From assembly GCA_965203175.1 (NCBI GenBank), contig OZ241867.1, forward strand, positions 4,608,001 to 4,672,000: a stretch of 64,000 nt of DNA, written 5' to 3'. The position numbers and the translations under genes are program-made. Source of the stretch: Candidatus Latescibacterota bacterium. Its GTDB lineage: Bacteria > Latescibacterota > UBA2968 > UBA8231. Shown piece by piece: positions 9,359 to 19,221 of this stretch. The notes beneath the pieces are model-generated. The model was not told the origin of the DNA. It searched no databases and was given only the letters and a program-made list of their open reading frames with translations. Each line of letters begins with the position of its first letter. Within the stretch, counting starts at the first letter, position 1.

Positions 9359-10189
9359 ATGAAGAAGTTGTCCGTTGGTGGGTTGGCTTTAGCACTGCTA
9401 GTCCTAGCGAGCGAAAACATTTCTGCTCAAGAGCAGCAGATGACCTGTGAGGAATACATGGCTCTGGGGCAGGAGATCGTCAACCGCGAGGCCGCGGCCA
9501 ACGCCCAGACCGAAGAACTAATCGCCCAGATTGAATCACTTAATATGCAGATTGCCCAGCTCGACCGGGCCAACGCCGACCTCAATGCCCAGATTCTCGC
9601 AGCAATCGGCCACTCCGAATCTGAAGTCATGGCCTTTGGGCGCGAACTCGACGCTATTATCGCCCAGCTCGAAGGTCTGATGGCACTGGCTCCAGAAGTA
9701 CTCATTATGCGTCGCGGTGAAGTCACCGCCATCGAATCCCGAGCTGCCGAGCTCAGGCAGAGCAACATAGCCGCTCTGCCCGAAATGATGGACAAGCTAG
9801 CTACCATTGACCAAATGCTCGCCGATCTCAAAGCGCGCATAGCCCAACCCGTAGTCATTGACTACAAGGTTGAGCGGGGCGACAACTTGTGGAACATCGC
9901 CAAAAAAGACCGACTCTACGACGATCCCTATATGTGGCCCCGCATCTACCGGGAGAACAAGGGTCAAATCAAAGACCCGGATTTAATCTACCCCAACCAA
10001 GTCTTGGGCGTGCCGTTCGGGGTAGCTGAAAATCAGTACTTGGTCACTCGAGGAGACTTCCTTTTCAAAATTGCCGCCGAGCTTTACAACAATGCTGGCA
10101 AATGGCATAAAATCTACGAGGCCAACAAGCAGCAAATCGTCGCGCCAGATTTAATTTTTCCTGCTCAAGTCCTCGACATCCCTCAGTAA
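9359..10189 (+). CDS. Exported coiled-coil protein with two LysM peptidoglycan-binding domains
   Basis: Signal peptide; YKVERGDNLWNIA...IYPNQVL and YLVTRGDFLFKIA...IFPAQVLDIP. Confidence 0.9.
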   Translation: MKKLSVGGLALALLVLASENISAQEQQMTCEEYMALGQEIVNREAAANAQTEELIAQIESLNMQIAQLDRANADLNAQILAAIGHSESEVMAFGRELDAIIAQLEGLMALAPEVLIMRRGEVTAIESRAAELRQSNIAALPEMMDKLATIDQMLADLKARIAQPVVIDYKVERGDNLWNIAKKDRLYDDPYMWPRIYRENKGQIKDPDLIYPNQVLGVPFGVAENQYLVTRGDFLFKIAAELYNNAGKWHKIYEANKQQIVAPDLIFPAQVLDIPQ

Positions 10190-10225
10190 TTAAAAATACT
10201 TGATTTAAATAAATTTTAAGACTTA

Positions 10226-10280
10226 AAGGGGTTTGATTCCTTCCCGAGGGCTTTAAGGGAGGGATTTCAAACCCCTTTTT
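10226..10280 (+). terminator. Probable rho-independent terminator
   Basis: AAAGGGGTTTGA...TCAAACCCCTTTTT long inverted repeat with U-tract. Confidence 0.75.
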
Positions 10281-10305
10281 GTATTTTTGTCCAACTACCA
10301 GGGCT

Positions 10306-11262
10306 ATGAAGGACATTTCCATCGCCGGCATCGATTGCCGCTCCCTCTTCGGGCGCAACGATCAGCACCTAGCACATCTCGAAAAGAGATACGGCATCCG
10401 CCTAGTTGCCCGCGGTGACAAGCTTACTCTTAAGGGATCCGCTGCTTCGGTGCGCGAGGCTGATGGCTTTCTCAGTCACCTCATAAAACGCATGCGCCAC
10501 GGTCCGCCCCTCAAAGCAGCCGAGCTAGAGGACTTGATCCACTCTAGTCCGGCCCTGCCTAAGGGCGACCACGGCACCCTTTTGAATCCCATAGCCCACA
10601 CCTATAAGACAGCCATCTGTGCCCGCACCGAGGGCCAAGCAAAATATCTCGCAGCCATCGACAACAACGACGTGGTCTTTGGCATTGGCCCAGCGGGTAC
10701 CGGCAAGACTTACCTAGCAGTAGCCATGGCTGTTGCCGCACTGCGGCAAAAGCAAATATCTCGTATCCTGCTCGCCCGGCCCGCCGTCGAAGCCGGTGAG
10801 AAGCTCGGTTTCTTGCCCGGCTCTTTTGAGGACAAGGTTGACCCTTATTTGCGCCCGCTCTACGATGCGCTACAGGATCTCATGGAACCCGAGCGGCTGC
10901 GGCGGATGCAGGACATGAAAATTGTCGAAGTCGTACCCTTGGCTTACATGCGTGGTCGCACCCTTAACGATTCGTTTATTATTCTCGACGAAGCCCAAAA
11001 TACTACACCGCAGCAGATGAAGATGTTTCTCACCCGGCTGGGTAGTCACTCAAAGGCCGTAGTTACTGGCGATATTACCCAGACCGATCTCAGCGATGAC
11101 CAGCCTTCGGGCTTGATCGTCGCGCCCAAGATTCTGACCGGGATCGCCGGCTTGGCCTTTGTTCGGCTCAACGAACGGGATGTGGTGCGCAACCCGCTCG
11201 TGCAGAAGATCATCAAAGCCTATGACAGCTATGGGGAAGCCCACGACTCGGCCGATTCATGA
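10306..11262 (+). CDS. phoH: PhoH-like ATPase (YbeZ)
   Basis: GPAGTGKT, RPAVEAGEKLGFLPG, YMRGRTL, DEAQN. Confidence 0.95.
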   Translation: MKDISIAGIDCRSLFGRNDQHLAHLEKRYGIRLVARGDKLTLKGSAASVREADGFLSHLIKRMRHGPPLKAAELEDLIHSSPALPKGDHGTLLNPIAHTYKTAICARTEGQAKYLAAIDNNDVVFGIGPAGTGKTYLAVAMAVAALRQKQISRILLARPAVEAGEKLGFLPGSFEDKVDPYLRPLYDALQDLMEPERLRRMQDMKIVEVVPLAYMRGRTLNDSFIILDEAQNTTPQQMKMFLTRLGSHSKAVVTGDITQTDLSDDQPSGLIVAPKILTGIAGLAFVRLNERDVVRNPLVQKIIKAYDSYGEAHDSADS

Positions 11263-13499
11263 ACGCGCTTAACTTCAAGTGGGTTGGTTTCAAACGCCGT
11301 AGCAATCAGCCCAAACCTTGGCACCCGCATAGTTTGAGGGTGTTCCATATCGCTTTGGCAGGCCTAGTCATCGGCCTGCTCACTTACCTATCGCCCTACC
11401 AGCGTCCCTACAATGTCACCCAGCTACGCGTCGGTAGTGTGGCCCAAGAGCGCATCGAAGCTCCTTTTCTCTTTAACGTGCCCAAGAGCGAGGCCGAATT
11501 GGAGCACGAACGCCAAGCAGCGACTGCCGAGATACCCACCATCTTGCACCGCGGTCCCTTAATTCAAGAGCGACAGCTAGCTCAGCTAGACTCGGTCTTT
11601 GCGGTGATGATCCCAAGAATCCGGGTCCAGATGGCCGACTCGCTCAAGCAACGCGAACTCCAACGTGAACTCCCCCAAGTTATCGGTTCGCTCTCGCTCG
11701 ATGCCCTTTCGACTCTCATCGACGTCCTCTCCACAGCCAGCGAGCCCTATGTGCACGACTTCCAAGCCATCTGTCGGCAGATTTTGGCCAATTACTATAC
11801 CGCGGGCATCATTGCCTCTAAACAACCGATTCTCCTAAGTCCCTCGACCCAAGTCCGCCTCGGAGACCGGGAACAACATATAGAAACTCTCTATAGCGAA
11901 GAAAAGCTCAAACAAGGCGAATTGATCTCGCGCATCCAAACTTATCATACGATCGCTGACCGCGACGCTGTCCAAGCCGTACACGAACTCCTAAGCATCT
12001 TTGTAGTCCCCAACCTGACCATTGACGAGCCGGAGACCACTCGCCTCAGAAACGCGGCACGGCGCGGCGTGGCCAGCATTAAGCGGATTTATGCCCAAGA
12101 CGACCTCATTGTCGACAAGCATGCCACCGTCACAGAAGAGCACGTCGACGCACTCGACGCACTGGCCGCCCAAATTGCCCAAGAACAAGCCCAGCATCCG
12201 ATCAAGCGCCTGATCCAAGTGGCTGCGGCCGCGACAATTTCCGGGCTTCTGATCTTCGTCTTCGGCTACTTCCTCGCCACGCACGAACGCGCTGTTTTTG
12301 ACCAGCCCGGCCAGCTCGTCCTATTAGCCATCTTGATCGTTGCCATAGCCGCCGCGGCCTCCTATATCAAAACGCATGACCTTCCCCCCTACTGGGTGCC
12401 AATTCCCCTCGCCGCTATGCTAGCGACGATACTATTGACGCCGCAAATTGGCTTGGTACTCTCGTTTGTGCTCGCGCTCTTTGTCGGCAACCTCTTTGCC
12501 AACTTCTACGTGGCCATAACCTGTGCCCTAACAGCGGCTATAGCCGTCTATGCGGTGCGGCACGTGCGCCACCGCAATCAGTTCTATCGCCCCATGATCT
12601 TCCTGCCGATCTCTTACGCGTTGCTCATCGCGGCGGCGGATCTGTTGCGCTTCTTCCCGGTCGAACAAATATACGCTCATATCCTACCCGGCATCGTCAT
12701 CGGCGCGGCTGCCCCCATTCTCACTATCGGCCTGTTACCGATCTTTGAAAGCCTTTTTCATATTACCACGGACATCACCCTGCTGGAGTTGTCAGATCCG
12801 AACCGGACCTTGCTCCGCCAATTGGCCATCCGGGCACCGGGGACCTATACCCACAGCCTGATTATGGCCAACCTCTCCGAGAGCGCCGCCGAGTCCATCA
12901 CCGCTAACCCTCTTTTGGCCCGCGTCGGCTGCTATTACCACGATATCGGCAAGGTGAGCAAGCCTGAGTACTTCAGCGAAAATCAGGGATTGCAAGGCGG
13001 ACGCAATCCCCACGATCATCTGATGCCCTACCTGAGTATGCTCATTATCGCCTCGCATGTCCGCGAGGGGCTCGAATTGGCCGAGGAACACGGCCTCCCC
13101 CAATCCATCTGCGACCTAATCTCCCAGCACCACGGTACCACCGTCATCGAGTACTTTTACGAGCGTGCCGTAGAATTGGGTGACCGGAGCGTGCGCGAGG
13201 AAGATTTCAGGTACAACGGTCCCAAGCCCCAGACTAAAGAGGCCGGAATCCTGATGTTGGCCGACTCAGTCGAAGCGGCAGCCCGCACCCTCGCCGAGCG
13301 CACGCCCAGCCGGATGCGCCAGTTAGTACACAAAATTATCCAGCAGAAATTCACCGCTGGCGAACTCGACGAGTGTGCTCTGACCCTACGGGATTTGCTC
13401 AAAATAGAGGACAGCTTCATTCGCGTGCTGATGGGCGTCCTACACAGCCGGATGGAATATCCTTGGCAGAAGGCCAATCGCAAATGGAGTACCGTATAG
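11259..13499 (+). CDS. 7TM-HD (HDIG) phosphohydrolase, PgpH-like
   Basis: Extracytoplasmic domain, TM block, APGTYTHS, YYHDIGK, HHGT, LADSVEAA. Confidence 0.9.
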   Translation: MNALNFKWVGFKRRSNQPKPWHPHSLRVFHIALAGLVIGLLTYLSPYQRPYNVTQLRVGSVAQERIEAPFLFNVPKSEAELEHERQAATAEIPTILHRGPLIQERQLAQLDSVFAVMIPRIRVQMADSLKQRELQRELPQVIGSLSLDALSTLIDVLSTASEPYVHDFQAICRQILANYYTAGIIASKQPILLSPSTQVRLGDREQHIETLYSEEKLKQGELISRIQTYHTIADRDAVQAVHELLSIFVVPNLTIDEPETTRLRNAARRGVASIKRIYAQDDLIVDKHATVTEEHVDALDALAAQIAQEQAQHPIKRLIQVAAAATISGLLIFVFGYFLATHERAVFDQPGQLVLLAILIVAIAAAASYIKTHDLPPYWVPIPLAAMLATILLTPQIGLVLSFVLALFVGNLFANFYVAITCALTAAIAVYAVRHVRHRNQFYRPMIFLPISYALLIAAADLLRFFPVEQIYAHILPGIVIGAAAPILTIGLLPIFESLFHITTDITLLELSDPNRTLLRQLAIRAPGTYTHSLIMANLSESAAESITANPLLARVGCYYHDIGKVSKPEYFSENQGLQGGRNPHDHLMPYLSMLIIASHVREGLELAEEHGLPQSICDLISQHHGTTVIEYFYERAVELGDRSVREEDFRYNGPKPQTKEAGILMLADSVEAAARTLAERTPSRMRQLVHKIIQQKFTAGELDECALTLRDLLKIEDSFIRVLMGVLHSRMEYPWQKANRKWSTV

Positions 13500-13936
13500 A
13501 TAGGCCCCTTCACATAGTCCAAGACGCGGACCTCGCCCCTCTGCATACAGACGCGCTCGTAGCCCTGCACCAGATCGCTGCGCAGGTCGCCTGCGTCCAC
13601 GCGCTTCCAGACGCGGTACAGCTAGTCCTCATCGACGACGACTACATGAGCGACCTCAATACCATCTATCGCAGCAAGGAGGGCACGACTGATGTCTTGT
13701 CTTTCGACTTAGGTACCATACCTGGTCAGCACAGCAGTGGCGAAGTATACATTTCTCTACCCCAAGCGCAGCGGCAAGCCGCCGCGCTCTGCGTCCCTCC
13801 CTTAGTGGAGCTAGCCCGACTGTTGGTACATGGCCTACTTCACCTAGCGGGCTGGGTACACGACACGCCCGAACAACTAGCTGCGATGGAACGCGAAACA
13901 GACCGCTTCCTTACTACAGCCTCCCCCTCTCTCTAA
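13484..13936 (+). CDS. ybeY: rRNA maturation RNase YbeY
   Basis: TTDVLSF and HGLLHLAGWVH; start reassigned to ATG 13484. Confidence 0.93.
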   Translation: MEYRIDRPLHIVQDADLAPLHTDALVALHQIAAQVACVHALPDAVQLVLIDDDYMSDLNTIYRSKEGTTDVLSFDLGTIPGQHSSGEVYISLPQAQRQAAALCVPPLVELARLLVHGLLHLAGWVHDTPEQLAAMERETDRFLTTASPSL

Positions 13937-13973
13937 GCAGCCTTGGCCGGCCGCCTTACCGAAAGGAGCCTTT

Positions 13974-15305
13974 TTGGAACCCCCACAAGTTGTTGACTTA
14001 TCCTCCGTTGCGTACGCCACGCTAGGCGGTGCAATCAGCCTCGTCTGGCTCTTTTTGGTAGCTAGCTACGAGACTACCTTCGCTATTCTCTCCAAATCCG
14101 TGCTGGAGAAAATGGCTGAAAGTGGCGTATCGCATGCGCGCGCCATGCTCCGCATCTACGAGCCGCGTCTGCGTCTGCGTCTGATGACTCGCCTCGGCGA
14201 GGCCATCGGCGTCACTGTCCTCGCCCTCTCCCTATTCTTTCTCGTGGAGACCCTCCTAGTACCGTACGCCCTTTCGAGCTATATCTCTGTAGCAGTAGCC
14301 TTATTCGGGGCGCTAGGACTTTTCATGATCGTGGCTACGCCCCGCCGCATTCGCTTTGACGAGGAGGGCGACGAAGCACGCATACCTGTCGTCGCCTTGG
14401 CCTATGCGCCGGTACACGCGCTGCTCCTACCTTTGACCAACCTCCTCGAACTCCTCAGCAGTTTTGACTACAGCGACGAGGACTTTCGCGCTGAAAAGGA
14501 AGAGGAACTGCGTAGCATCGTCGAGGCAGAAGGCGAGTCTGGCGTACTAGAGGAAAGCGAGCGCGAGATGATTGAGAGCGTCTTTGGCTTCCACGACCGC
14601 ATCGTCCGCGAAGTCATGGTCCCTCGCGTCGACATGGTCGCCATCGATCAATCGGCCTCTCTGCAAGATTTGCTCGATCTCATTAGAGACAAGGGCCACT
14701 CGCGCCTGCCCATCTACCGGGAAAGTCTCGACCACATCCAAGGACTGGTGTACGCCAAAGATCTGCTGCAGATCTTGGTGTCCCGGCCCGAAGTCGATCT
14801 GGCGACGCCCATAGACCAACTACTGACCAGTCAACAAGAGGGCGACTTGCGTTTTACCCACGAGCCCTATTACATCCCTGAGACCAAGAAAATCGACGTC
14901 CTGCTCAACGACCTGAGAGCCAACAGAATTCGCCTCGCCATCGTCCTCGACGAATACGGCGGTACAGCTGGCTTAGTCACCACCGAGGATCTCGTCGAGG
15001 AAATCGTTGGGGAGATCCAAGACGAGTACGACGAGGAAGAGGAGTTGCACCACTGGCAGGTCCCCGGCGAGGTACTCATCGCCAATGCCCGTATCGACAT
15101 AGACGATCTCAACGAGTTGCTTTCCACTGATCTGCCGAGAGCGGGCTTTGAAACTCTTGGAGGATTTATCTATGACCACTTGGGGAGCATCCCCGCGGAG
15201 GGCTTAGTCTTCACGGTCAATCATCTAGAGCTCGACATCCTCAAGGTGGAGGGCCAGCGCATCGCCCAAGTCAAACTCCGGCGCTTGACACCCGTTGCCG
15301 ATTGA
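13974..15305 (+). CDS. Hemolysin/CorC-HlyC family (CNNM-CBS) protein
   Basis: N-terminal TMs, VREVMVPR, HSRLPIY, DEYGGTAGLVTTEDLVEEIVGEIQDEYD. Confidence 0.92.
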   Translation: MEPPQVVDLSSVAYATLGGAISLVWLFLVASYETTFAILSKSVLEKMAESGVSHARAMLRIYEPRLRLRLMTRLGEAIGVTVLALSLFFLVETLLVPYALSSYISVAVALFGALGLFMIVATPRRIRFDEEGDEARIPVVALAYAPVHALLLPLTNLLELLSSFDYSDEDFRAEKEEELRSIVEAEGESGVLEESEREMIESVFGFHDRIVREVMVPRVDMVAIDQSASLQDLLDLIRDKGHSRLPIYRESLDHIQGLVYAKDLLQILVSRPEVDLATPIDQLLTSQQEGDLRFTHEPYYIPETKKIDVLLNDLRANRIRLAIVLDEYGGTAGLVTTEDLVEEIVGEIQDEYDEEEELHHWQVPGEVLIANARIDIDDLNELLSTDLPRAGFETLGGFIYDHLGSIPAEGLVFTVNHLELDILKVEGQRIAQVKLRRLTPVAD

Positions 15306-15310
15306 GAGGG

Positions 15311-15339
15311 TTGCGTCCGCCTATCCCATCCTTTACATT
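15311..15339 (+). promoter_or_regulatory. Promoter for tRNA-fMet
   Basis: TTGCGT-17-TACATT, 17 nt before the tRNA. Confidence 0.55.
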
Positions 15340-15356
15340 AAGTACAAATAGCTTGT

Positions 15357-15433
<77 letters not shown>

Positions 15434-15438
15434 CCTTT

Positions 15439-15470
15439 TCAGGGAGTCGCTTGCGGCTCCCTGATTTTTT
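15439..15470 (+). terminator. rho-independent terminator after the tRNA
   Basis: TCAGGGAGTCGC-TT-GCGGCTCCCTGA followed by TTTTTT. Confidence 0.85.
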
Positions 15471-15472
15471 CT

Positions 15473-15799
15473 ATGCCTATCTACAATAAGGTTCCCGACA
15501 ATCCCACCACCACCTCGGCCGAGCGCATCCGTCTCGACGAGCGCTTTGTATCTCTGCTCGTCACCGAAGACGCCCAAGATCGCCTCGAAGCCCAAGAATT
15601 GCGCCAACTCGTCCACCGCGCCCTACAAGCCCTTTCCGACGACGAGATGCGCGTTATTCAGCTTCGCTATCAGTACAAAAAATCGCCCGGCCAAGTCGCG
15701 TCGCGCTTGGGCCTTTCTCGCGACGTAATGGCTGCGCTCGAACAGAGCGGGTTAGAAAAATTGCGCCAAGGGCTCGAGGATTGGCATCGAGGCGTCTGA
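15473..15799 (+). CDS. Small protein with sigma70 region-4-like HTH
   Basis: ALQALSDDEMRVIQLRY...VASRLGLSR...LEQSGLEKLR; no region 2. Confidence 0.7.
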   Translation: MPIYNKVPDNPTTTSAERIRLDERFVSLLVTEDAQDRLEAQELRQLVHRALQALSDDEMRVIQLRYQYKKSPGQVASRLGLSRDVMAALEQSGLEKLRQGLEDWHRGV

Positions 15800-15800
15800 A

Positions 15801-17312
15801 TTGCAGCAGCGGCTCTTTCCTCTGCTGGCTCCGGCCTTACTCTCGGGCCTGCTCTTCGTAGTTAGCATCCCCAAATTCGATCAGTATTACTTCGCTTGGA
15901 TTTGCCTGCTGCCGCTTTTTTTGGCACGGCACTGGCTGCCTGCCCAAAGCCACTTCACCCTCGGGCTAATCGCCGGTCTCGCCTGGTCCAGCGGACGCAC
16001 CTACTGGATCACCGAAACCCTACAATTATATGGTGCCCTCTCTTGGGCGAGCGCCGCAGCGACGAATGCGCTGCTCATCGCATACATGGCCCTGTATCTA
16101 GCCTGTTTTATTGCAGTGTGCCACCGTCTAAACTTTTCTTCTCCGCTCTTTGCTTGGTCGGCGGCCGGCGTCTGGATCCTTTTAGAGTGGGCGCAAAACT
16201 GGATGTTGAGCGGCTTTCCCTGGCAGCTACTGGGCTACTCGCAGTACCTCAACCTCCCCTTCCTACAATGGGCTGCCATAACCGGCGTCTATGGTCTGAG
16301 TTTCCTCATCGTCCTCTTCAACGCCGCGCTGGCCCAAGCCCTCTTGCACCGCGCCTTCATCCGCTATTTGAGTCTGCCGCTTTCGCTGCTGGTCGCCGTT
16401 CATCTATGGGGCTTCTACAGGCTGCAAGACGTGCCGAATCCGCCACCCACCCTGAAGGTCGGCGTGGTCCAAGGCAATATCCCCCAAGACCGCAAGTGGA
16501 AGGAGAACCGGTTGGCCTGGACGGCTCGGCACTACGCCGCACTTACCCGGGACTTGGCGGTTGCGGAAAAACCAGAGCTGATCATCTACCCCGAGACGGC
16601 TCTGCCGCTCTATTTTGGCGACCCCTTATACTCAGCTTATGTCGATTCGATAACCGCCTTAGCGCCAAAGTTAGATACACCCATGTTGGTCGGCAGCCTC
16701 AAGGGGGATTCGCAAAACCACACAGCTCCAGTCTATAACCGGGCTTTCCTGCTCAACGCTCAAGGGGAAGTAGTGGATTACGCCGATAAAGTGCACTTGG
16801 TGCCTTTTGGCGAGTTTCTGCCCTTCCCATCCATCTTTCAGTATTTGGGAGGACTTACGGCAGAAAGCGGCATCTTCGCCCACGGGGAAAGGCACAAAGT
16901 ACTGCGGTTGCCGCGCAGCGATACTTCGTTCGGGGTCTTTATCTGCTACGAGTCTATCTTTCCGGAAATTACCCGCGCGCTGATGGCCCAAGACCCGGAC
17001 TTTCTGATCAACACCACCAACGACGCTTGGTTTGGCACCACCGCGGCTCCACACCAACACTTTGCGCAAGCTGTCCTGCGGGCCGTAGAAAGTGGGCGCG
17101 CCGTAGTCCGCGCCGCCAATACCGGCATTTCCGGTTTAATCGAACCGAACGGACGCATAGCCCATCGCACGCCGCTTTTTACCACCGTAGGCTTTGCCAT
17201 AGACGTGCCTTTGCACCGTGGACAGACGATCTACACGCGCTGGGGGGACTGGCCGCTCCTGCTCTGCGCCCTCGCGCTAACGCTGGCTGCAGCCCGCAAA
17301 AATTGGAATTAG
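15801..17312 (+). CDS. lnt: Apolipoprotein N-acyltransferase
   Basis: GFPW, VQGNI, YPE, KVHLVPFGE, ICYE, TNDAWFG, RAANTGIS. Confidence 0.96.
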   Translation: MQQRLFPLLAPALLSGLLFVVSIPKFDQYYFAWICLLPLFLARHWLPAQSHFTLGLIAGLAWSSGRTYWITETLQLYGALSWASAAATNALLIAYMALYLACFIAVCHRLNFSSPLFAWSAAGVWILLEWAQNWMLSGFPWQLLGYSQYLNLPFLQWAAITGVYGLSFLIVLFNAALAQALLHRAFIRYLSLPLSLLVAVHLWGFYRLQDVPNPPPTLKVGVVQGNIPQDRKWKENRLAWTARHYAALTRDLAVAEKPELIIYPETALPLYFGDPLYSAYVDSITALAPKLDTPMLVGSLKGDSQNHTAPVYNRAFLLNAQGEVVDYADKVHLVPFGEFLPFPSIFQYLGGLTAESGIFAHGERHKVLRLPRSDTSFGVFICYESIFPEITRALMAQDPDFLINTTNDAWFGTTAAPHQHFAQAVLRAVESGRAVVRAANTGISGLIEPNGRIAHRTPLFTTVGFAIDVPLHRGQTIYTRWGDWPLLLCALALTLAAARKNWN

Positions 17313-18106
17313 GAATCGCGCCTGAATACTACCGGGCAATGCGTCGGGTCATCAATAAAGGCCGTCAGGCCCTCCCGCTTGTCGTCCACTGGGCGGGAGC
17401 GCTCGGTGCGCATGTGAACGGCCAAGCTCCGCCGCGGGCCCGCAGAATAATTGGGACCACTCCCGTGTAGCGTCAGGCAGTGGTGAAAGCTCACGCCCCC
17501 TTTGGGCAGGACCGCTGCTACTTCAACCCACTCGTCGCTAGCCTGTACGGTCAGCTCTCGCTTCTGTTCGGCTAGGTCTTGGCCGTAGAAGTCGCTGCCC
17601 GGCAGCAATCCCCACTGATGCGAGCCGCGCACAAAGTGCATCGGCCCGTCCGCCGAGCCGACCTCGCTCAAGGCGATCCAAGCCGTAAATAGCTCGCTGC
17701 CCTCTTCCCAAGCCCCCCAATAGTTGCGGTCCTGATGCCATCCCACATGAGTTCCGCTAGACCCTGCGCCCGCGACCGGAGGCTTGTACAGCAATTGCAC
17801 CCACCAAACTTGGACCCACTCGGCCCCACAGACTTCAGCGGCCAAAGCCCCGAGGGCCGGATGTTTGATCAGATCCATAATGGCCCGATTGGCGATTTGG
17901 GGCTTCTCAATTTTGCACAGCCGCTGCGGATCGTCGCCCGGGCTCCAAGCCGAAGGCCGAGGCGGCACCCCGGTATCGTACTCGCCCCGCCGCACCGCAT
18001 CCATTCCCTCCACAGCGCGATCAACGGCGTCTAAGGGCCATACGGCTGCGTCGTGGATGTAAAATCCATCCCGCACATACGCCGCTTTGGGGCTTTCGCT
18101 TATCAT
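17309..18106 (-). CDS. Phytanoyl-CoA dioxygenase (PhyH) family Fe/2OG enzyme
   Basis: WHQD, GSH, HHCLTLHGSGPN..R; start at ATG 18106 after AGGAGG. Confidence 0.9.
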   Translation of the reverse strand: MISESPKAAYVRDGFYIHDAAVWPLDAVDRAVEGMDAVRRGEYDTGVPPRPSAWSPGDDPQRLCKIEKPQIANRAIMDLIKHPALGALAAEVCGAEWVQVWWVQLLYKPPVAGAGSSGTHVGWHQDRNYWGAWEEGSELFTAWIALSEVGSADGPMHFVRGSHQWGLLPGSDFYGQDLAEQKRELTVQASDEWVEVAAVLPKGGVSFHHCLTLHGSGPNYSAGPRRSLAVHMRTERSRPVDDKREGLTAFIDDPTHCPVVFRRDS

Positions 18107-18114
18107 CGTCCCTC

Positions 18115-19221
18115 CTAAGCCGGACAATCGGGAATATCGACCCACCGCCGCTCGGCTGCGGCCTGGAGGATGGAGTCGGCCACAGCCTGCGCCCGCATCC
18201 CGTGATAAAACGAGGGCACGCAATCGCGTCCCTCGCGGATGGCGCTGACGAATTCCCAAGCTTGGTCGTAGCGGAAGGTCTGCACGGGATCGCCGACGGA
18301 CGGATCGCGCGGCGCATTGGGCCGCTTGAGGAACTCGGCGGGCACGGACTGACTCTGATAGGGCTCGCCGCGAGGCGCGAAGAGCACTTCGTGTGGCGCG
18401 TGCAGGCGATAGACGACCGAAGCATCCTCCCCGTTGAACTCGGCTAAGTCGTGGTCTCCCTTCGGGCCGTAGCCCTTGCTCAACTTGCCCATCTCGAAGA
18501 CGCCTGTAGTGCCACTTGCAAACTCGGCGATCCACGCGATCCAATCTTCGACGTCCTGCGGTGGGCACGGCTGGCCTTCGCGGGTCTGATCTCTTGGCAC
18601 CAACTGCTTGGCCGCGCTGCACACAGCCTCTATCGGCCCCAGCAGATCTTCGGCAAAATCAATGCGGTGAATGCCCATATCGCCCAGTTCGCCCGACCCG
18701 GCGTATCGCTTGTATTGCCGCCAGCCAATAGCACGCTCTCCCCAGTCTTGCAGACGCTGGAATCGAGCGTGGCGAATCGCCCCTAAGGCCCCGGTCTGCA
18801 CCAAGTGGCGGATGTAGTTCATGGCTGGTACAAAACGATAGGTAAACGCCGTCATGTGACGACACCCCGATGCCTTGCCTCGGGCGTATATTTCCTGGGT
18901 TTGGGCAAAGTCCATACCTAGGGGCTTCTCACACAGCACATGGCAGCCAGCGTCTAAGGCTTGGATGATCAACTCGTAGTGATAGACGTTGGGCACGGCG
19001 ATGCAGACCGCATCCGGGGCCACCGCATCTAAGAGCGCGTCCAGCCGGTCAAAAGTGTCGGCAATACCCCACTCCGCTTGCCGCTTTTGCCGCAGCGCCT
19101 CGTCTGGCTCGCAGATCCCAGCGATATCGACCCCGGAAACTAGCCGCAGTCCAGGATAGTGTACTCCCGCACAGACGCCGCCTGTGCCCACCAGCCCTAC
19201 GCGCAGTGTAACTTGGTTCAT
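18115..19221 (-). CDS. Gfo/Idh/MocA oxidoreductase
   Basis: VGLVGTG, HVLCEKP, GDMGIHRID. Confidence 0.9.
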   Translation of the reverse strand: MNQVTLRVGLVGTGGVCAGVHYPGLRLVSGVDIAGICEPDEALRQKRQAEWGIADTFDRLDALLDAVAPDAVCIAVPNVYHYELIIQALDAGCHVLCEKPLGMDFAQTQEIYARGKASGCRHMTAFTYRFVPAMNYIRHLVQTGALGAIRHARFQRLQDWGERAIGWRQYKRYAGSGELGDMGIHRIDFAEDLLGPIEAVCSAAKQLVPRDQTREGQPCPPQDVEDWIAWIAEFASGTTGVFEMGKLSKGYGPKGDHDLAEFNGEDASVVYRLHAPHEVLFAPRGEPYQSQSVPAEFLKRPNAPRDPSVGDPVQTFRYDQAWEFVSAIREGRDCVPSFYHGMRAQAVADSILQAAAERRWVDIPDCPA

